Program-made: the position numbers and the translations under genes
Assembly: GCA_009914755.4 (NCBI GenBank)
Contig: CP068257.2
Location: forward strand, 7,168,001-7,232,000
From: the human T2T-CHM13v2.0 reference genome, Homo sapiens
Reading direction: 5' to 3'
Length of the DNA stretch: 64,000 nt
The notes under the pieces: model-generated
Told to the model about the DNA's origin: nothing
The model's database searches: none
Seen by the model: only the letters and a program-made list of their open reading frames with translations
In this document: positions 58,001 to 64,000 of the stretch, piece after piece
Layout of the letters: the number at the start of each line of letters is the position of its first letter
Numbering within the stretch: the stretch's first letter is position 1

Positions 58001-61000
58001 TGGAATCTACCCAAATGGAATGGAATTGAATGGAATGGAATGGAATGGCATGGAATGGTATGGAATCAACCCGAGTGGATTGGTATGGAACGGCAATGAA
58101 TGAAACGGAATTGAATGGAATAAAATGGAATGGAATGGAATGGAATCAACACGAGTGAAATGGAATGGCATGGAATGGAATGGCTTCAACAAGAGTGGAA
58201 TGGAATGAAATGGAATGGAAGGAAATTTAATGGAATGGATTCAACCTGAGTGGAAAGGAGGAAAATGGAATGGAATGTAATCAACCTGAGTGGAATGGAA
58301 TGGAATGCAATGCAATGGAATAGAATGGAATGGAAGACAGTGGAATCACCTGGAATGGAATGGAATGGAATGGAATGGAATGGAATCATTCCTTGTGTAA
58401 TGGAATGGAATGTAAAGGAGTGGAATGTAATGGAATGGTGTGGAATGGAATGGAATGGAATGGAATGGAATCAAACCGAATGGAATGGAACGGAATGCAA
58501 TGGAATTGAATTTAATGGAAAGGAATGGAATCAACCAGAAGGGAATGGTATGGAATTCAACGGAATGGAATGGAACGGAATGCTAAGGAAACAAACCGAG
58601 TGTAATGGAAAAGAATGGAATGGAATGGAATGGAATGGAATGGAATGGAATGGAATGGAGTGGAATGGAATCAAACCAATTGGAATGGAATGGAATGGAA
58701 TGCAACGGAATAAACCGGAGTGGAATGGAATGGAAAGGAATGGAATGGAATGGTATGGAATCAACCGAGTGTAATGGAATGGAATGTAATGGAAGGGAAT
58801 GGAATCAACCCGAATGTAATGGAACGGAAAGGAATGGAATGGAATGGAATGGAATCAACCCGAGTGGAATGCAAAGGAATGGAATGGAACGGAACGGAAC
58901 GGAACGGAATGGAATGGAAAGGAGTGGAATCAACCCCAGTGGAATGAAATGGAATGGAATGGAATGCAATGGAATGGAATCTAATGGTATCAACCCGAGT
59001 GGAAGGGAATGGAATGGATTGGAATGGAATGGAATGCTATGGAATCTACCCTGGGGGAATGGTATGGAATGGAATGGAATGGAATGGAATGGAATGGAAC
59101 GGAATAGAATAAAATGGAAAGGAATTGAGTTTAAGCAACCCGAGTGAAATAGAATGGAATGGAATCGCATCGAATGGGATGGGATGAAATCAACCCGAGA
59201 GGAATGGAATGGAAAGCAAAGAATCAATCGGAGGGGAATGCAATGTAATTTAATGGAATGAAACGGAATGGAATCAACCCGAGTGGAGTGGAATAAAATG
59301 GAATGGAATGGAATGGAATCAACCCGAGTGGAACGGAATGGAATGGAATGGAATGGAATCAAACCGACTGGAATGAAATGGAGTGGAATGCAATGGAATG
59401 GAATGGAGTGGTATGGAATCAACCCGAGTGGAATAGTATGGAATGGAATGGAATGGAACGAAATGGAATGGAAAAAAATGGAATGGAATGGAATGGAATC
59501 AACCCAAGTGAAATGGAATGGAAAGGAATGGAATGGAATCAACCCAAGTGAAATGGAATGGAAAGGAATGGAATGGAATCAACCAGAGTGGAATGGAATG
59601 GAATGGAATGAAAGGGAATGGAATGTAAAGGAATCAACCTGTGTGGAATGGAATGGAAGGGAATGGAATGGAATGAAATGGAATATAATGGAATGGAATG
59701 GAATCATCCCGGGTTGAAAGGAATGTTATGGAATGCAACGGAACGGAATGGAACACAACGGAATGGAATGCAACGGAATAGATTGAATCAGAGAGGAATT
59801 GAATGGAGAGGAATGGATTGGAATGGAATGCAATGGATTCAACCCTAGTTGAATGTCATGGATTGGAAAGGAATGGAATGGAATGGAATGGAATGGAATG
59901 GAATGGAATGGAATGGAGTGGAATGGAATGGAGTGGAATCAACACGAATGGAATGGAACGGAATGGAATGGAATGTAATGGAATGAAATGGAATGGAATG
60001 GAATGGAAACAACACGAATAGAATGGAACGGAATGGAATGGAATGCTGTGGAATGGAAAGGATTGGAATGAAATAAACACGAATAGAATGGAACGGAATG
60101 GAATGGAACGGAATGGAATGGAATGGAAAGGAATGGAGTGAAATGGAAAGGAACGGAATGGAATTAACCCGAGTGGAATTGAATGGAATGGAAAGGAATA
60201 AACACGAGTGGAATGAAACGGAATGTAATGCAATGGAACGGAGCGGAATCATTCTGAGTGGAATGGAATGCAATGGAATGGCATGGAATGGAATGGAATG
60301 GAATGGAATGGAATGGAGTGGAGTGGAATGCAATGCAATGGAATGGAATGGAATGGAATCAACCCGAATGGAATGGAATGGAGTGGAATGGAATCAACAC
60401 GAATGGAATGGAATGGCATGGAATGGAATGGAATGGAATGGAATCAACCAGACTGGAATGGAGTGGAATGGAGTTTAATGGAATGGAATGGAATAGAATG
60501 GTATGGAATCAACACGAGAGGAATGGTATGGAATGGAATGGAATGGAACGGAATGGAATGGAATAAAATGGAATGGAATGGAATGGAATCAACCAGAGTG
60601 GAATGGAATGGAACGGAGTAGAATGCAATGGAATGGAATGGAATGCAATGAAATGGAAAGGAACGGAATGGAATCAACCCGAGTGGAATGGAAAGGAATG
60701 GAATGGAATCAACCCGAGTGGAATGGAATGGAATGGAATAGAATGGAATGGAATGGAATGTAACGGAATATAATGGAATGGAATTGAATCATCCCCAGTG
60801 GAATGGAATGCAATGGAATCAACAAGATTGAAATGGAGTGTAATGGACTGGAATGGAATCAACCCGAGTGGAATGCAATGGAATGGAACGGAAAGGAATG
60901 GCATGGAATGGAATGGAATGGAATCAGCCCGAGTAGAATGGAATGGAATGGAATGCAATGGAATGGAATGGATAGTAATGGAACGGAACAGAATGGAATG

Positions 61001-64000
61001 GAATATAATGGAATGAACCCGAATGGAACGGAAGGAATGAACCCGAGTGGAATGGAATTGCATGGAATGGATTGGAATGGAATGGATTGGAATCAACCCG
61101 AGTGGAATGGAATGGAATAGAATGGAGTGGAATGGAATGGAATGGAATGGAATGGAATGGAATGGAATGGAATGGAATAGAATGGAATGGAATGAAATGG
61201 AATCAACCAGAATGGAATGGAATGGAATGGAATGGAATGGAAGGGAATGGAGTGAAATCGAGTGGAATCAATACGAGTGGAATGGAATGGAATGGAATGG
61301 AAGGGAATGGAATGGAATGGAATCAAACCGAGTGGAATGGAAAGGAATGGAATGGAAAGGAACGGAAAGGAATGGAAAGGAATGGAATGGATTGGTATGG
61401 AATCAACATTAGTGGAATAGAATGGAATGGAATGGAATGGAACAGAGTGGAATGGAATATAATGGAATGGAATGCAATGGAATCAACAAGAATGAAATGG
61501 AGTGTAATGGAATGGAATGGATTCAACCCGAGTGGAATGGAATGGAATCAACCCGAGTGGAATGGAATGTAATGGAATGGAATCAACCCGAGTGGAATCG
61601 AATGGAATGCAATGGAATGGAATGGAACGTTATGGAATGGAATAGATTGGAATGGAATCAACTTGAGGGGAAAGGAATGGAATGGATAGGAATGGAATGG
61701 AATGGATAGGAATGGAATGCAATGGAATGCAATGGTATAGAATGGAGTCAAACCGAGAGGAATGTAATGGAATGGAATTGAATGGAATGCAATGGAATGG
61801 AATGGAAACAACCCGAGTGGAATGGAATGCAATGGAATGCAATGGAATAGAATTCAACGTAATGGAAACAACCCGAGTGGAATAGAATGGAATGGAAAGG
61901 AATGAAATATAATGGAATGGATTGGAATCAACCCGAATCCAATGCAAGGGAATGGAATGGAAAGCAAAGCAACGGAATGGAATGGAAGGGAATGGAATGG
62001 AATGGAAAGGAATGGAATGGAATAAACAATAGTGGAATGATATGGAATGGAATGGAAAGGAATGGAATGGAATGGAATGTAATGGTATGGAATCAACCCG
62101 AGGGGAATGGTATGGAATGGAATGTATTGGAACGGAATGGAATGGAATAAAATGCACTGGAATGGAATGGAATCAACCCGAGAGAAGAGGAAGGGAATGG
62201 AATGGAATGGAATCACCACGAGGGGAATGGAATGGAATGGAATGGAATGGGATCGAATGGAATTGAATGGAATCACCCTGAGTGTAATGGAAGGGAATTG
62301 AATGGATTGGAATCAACGGGAGTGGAATGGAAAGGAATGGAATGGAATGGAATGGAATGGAATGGAATGGAATGAACGAAATCAACCTCAGTGGAATGGA
62401 ATGGAATGGAATGGAGTGGAATAGAATGGAATGGACAATAATTGAATGGAATGGAAACACCCCGAGTGGAATGGAACGCAATGGAATGGAATGGAATGGA
62501 AAGTAATGGAATTCAACGGAATGGAACTAACTCGAGTGGAATGGAATGGAATGGAATGGAATGGAATGGAATGGAAACAAACTCAACGGAATGCAATCAA
62601 ACAGAATGGAATAGAATGGAATGGAATGGAATGGGATGGAATGGAATAGAATGGAATGGAATCAACCCGAATGAAATGAAATGGAATGGAATGGAATGGA
62701 ATCAACCTGAGTGGAATGGAATGGAATGGAATGGAAACGAATGGAATGTAATCAACCAGACTGGAATGGAAAGGAATGTAAAGGAATGAATGGAATTGAA
62801 TGGAATGGAATGGTATGAACACAACCCGAGTGGAATAGAATGGAATGGAATGGAATGAAATAGAATGGAATGGAACGGAATCAACCGGAGAGGAATGGAA
62901 TGGAATGAAATGGAAACAACCAGACTGGAATGGAACGGAACGGAATGCAATGGAATAGAACGGAATGGAATGGAACGGAACGAAATGGAATGGAATGGAA
63001 TGGAATCAACCCGACTAGAATGGAATGGAACGGAATGAAATGAAGTGGAATGGAATGTAACGGAACGGAATTGAAATGAATGGAATGGAATGAAACCGAA
63101 TGGAATGGATTGGAATGGATTGGAAGGGAATGCAATGCAATGGAATCAACCCGAATGGAATGGAGTGGAAAGGAATGGAGTGGAATGTTATGGAATGGAA
63201 TGGAATGGAATGGAATGGAATGGAATAAACCCGAGCGGAATGGAATTGAATGGAAGGCAATGGAATGGAATGGAATGGAATGGAATGGAATGCATTGGAA
63301 TCAACTGGAATGGAATGGAATGGAATGGAATGGAATGGAATGGAATCAATCCGGGTTGAATGGAATGGAATGGAATGGAGTCAAATGTAACGCAATGGAG
63401 TGGAATTGAATGGAATGGAATCAACCCGAATGAAATGGATTAGATTGGAATGCAATGGAATCAACCTGAGTGGAAAAGAATGGAATGGAATAGAATGGAA
63501 TGGAATGGAATGGAATAGAATGGAATTGAATGGAATGGAATTTAATGGAATGGAATGGAATGGAATGGAATCAAGCCGAATGGAAAGGAAAGGAATGGAA
63601 TGGAATGGAATGGAATGGAATGGAATGGAGTGAAATGGAATGCAATCAACACGATTGGAATGGAATGGAATGGAATGGAAGGGAATTGAATGGAATGGAA
63701 TCAAACCGAGTGGAATGGAATGGAATGAAATGGAAAGGAATTGAAAGGAATGGAAAGGAAAGGAATATACTGGTGTGGAATCAACAGTAGAGGAATGGAA
63801 TGGAACGGAATGCAATGGAATGGAACAGAATGGAATGGAAAGGAATGGAATGGAATCAACCCGAATTAAATGGAGTGGAATGGAATGGAATGGAATCAAC
63901 CCGAGTGGAATGGAATTGATTGGAATGGAATGGAATGGAATGGAATGGAATGGAATGGAATGGAATGGGATGGAATGGAATGGGATGGAATGGAATGGAA

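Larger units (their letters stand above)
1..64000 (+). repeat. Satellite III (HSat3-type) pentameric (GGAAT)n array spanning the entire window; GGAAT strand = + strand throughout
   Basis: Direct reading: >90 % of bases fall in GGAAT / GGAAT-variant units (GGAAA, GGAAC, GCAAT, GGAGT, TGAAT etc.). The HSat3-diagnostic CAACCCGAGTGGAATGG motif recurs hundreds of times from ~8 kb onward. No 171-bp alpha-satellite periodicity and no CENP-B box. No long non-repeat stretch anywhere. Confidence 0.95.
8001..64000. repeat. HSat3 subfamily (domain B) with CAACCCGAGT / CAATCCGGGTTGAATGG interruptions between short perfect (GGAAT)n runs
   Basis: Seen in sequence: repeated GGAATCAACCCGAGTGGAATGG, plus variants CAACCCAAGT, CAACCTGAGT, CAACCAGAGT and CAATCCGGGTTG (e.g. 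8701, 10581, 13801, 16421, 17781), spaced tens to ~120 bp apart. Confidence 0.85.

Noticed and set aside
1-64000. Possibility of a novel defence, operon or biosynthetic system as hinted in the task
   Set aside because: The sequence is eukaryotic satellite DNA with no gene-like content of any kind. Nothing supports such a system.
8001-64000. CRISPR-like regular repeat-spacer organisation
   Set aside because: The periodicity is 5 bp with irregular CAACCCGAGT interruptions. There are no unique spacers of 25-40 bp between constant repeats. This is a satellite.
1-64000. Alpha satellite / CENP-B box / telomeric repeats
   Set aside because: There is no 171-bp periodicity, no TTCGTTGGAAACGGGA-like box, and no TTAGGG runs.
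1-64000. Transposable-element insertions (Alu, L1, SVA) inside the array
   Set aside because: No non-satellite stretch longer than a few tens of bp was found. The most divergent spots (e.g. ~1741-1800, ~6055-6100, ~7201-7250) are still short degenerate pentamer variants.
1-64000. tRNA, rRNA or other structured RNA genes
   Set aside because: No non-repetitive sequence is available to encode them. Nothing resembles the conserved cores of such genes.

Overview
The whole 64 kb window is one uninterrupted array of the pentameric satellite (GGAAT)n, complement (ATTCC)n, of the human/hominoid Satellite III (HSat3) type found in pericentromeric heterochromatin. This is eukaryotic, not prokaryotic, and I can support no protein-coding gene, RNA gene, transposon insertion, CRISPR array or operon-like system in it. 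The six-frame ORFs all read MEWNGMEWNG on the + strand (GGAATGGAAT) or HSIPFHSIPF on the - strand (ATTCCATTCC). They are open only because the pentamer has no stop codon in any frame, so they are low-complexity artefacts. The G-rich GGAAT strand is the + strand from base 1 to base 64000, with no polarity switch. What the sequence does show is satellite architecture. (1) A subfamily junction lies near 8.0 kb. Upstream is a divergent variant rich in GACTCGAATGGAATGG, AATCGAATGGAAT and ACTCAAATGCAATGG that lacks the CAACCCGAGT motif. Downstream, short perfect (GGAAT)n runs are punctuated every ~40-120 bp by CAACCCGAGT or CAATCCGGGTTGAATGG. (2) From about 25 kb to 62 kb the array is a mosaic of multi-kb duplicated blocks at roughly 95-97 % identity, plus several young tandem duplications. 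One of these, 2 x 564 bp at 32.2-33.3 kb, is base-perfect. This points to a complex higher-order-repeat organisation that is being actively homogenised. (3) A recurrent ~100 bp non-pentameric landmark carries a small inverted repeat, GGAATC-N5-GATTCC. It is the only place where pentamer polarity flips locally. (4) The CAACCCGAGT motif shows CpG-decay variants. I cannot assign the chromosome or the HSat3 subfamily without alignment. The prompt's suggestion of a novel biological system is not supported. The interesting content here is repeat structure, not genes.
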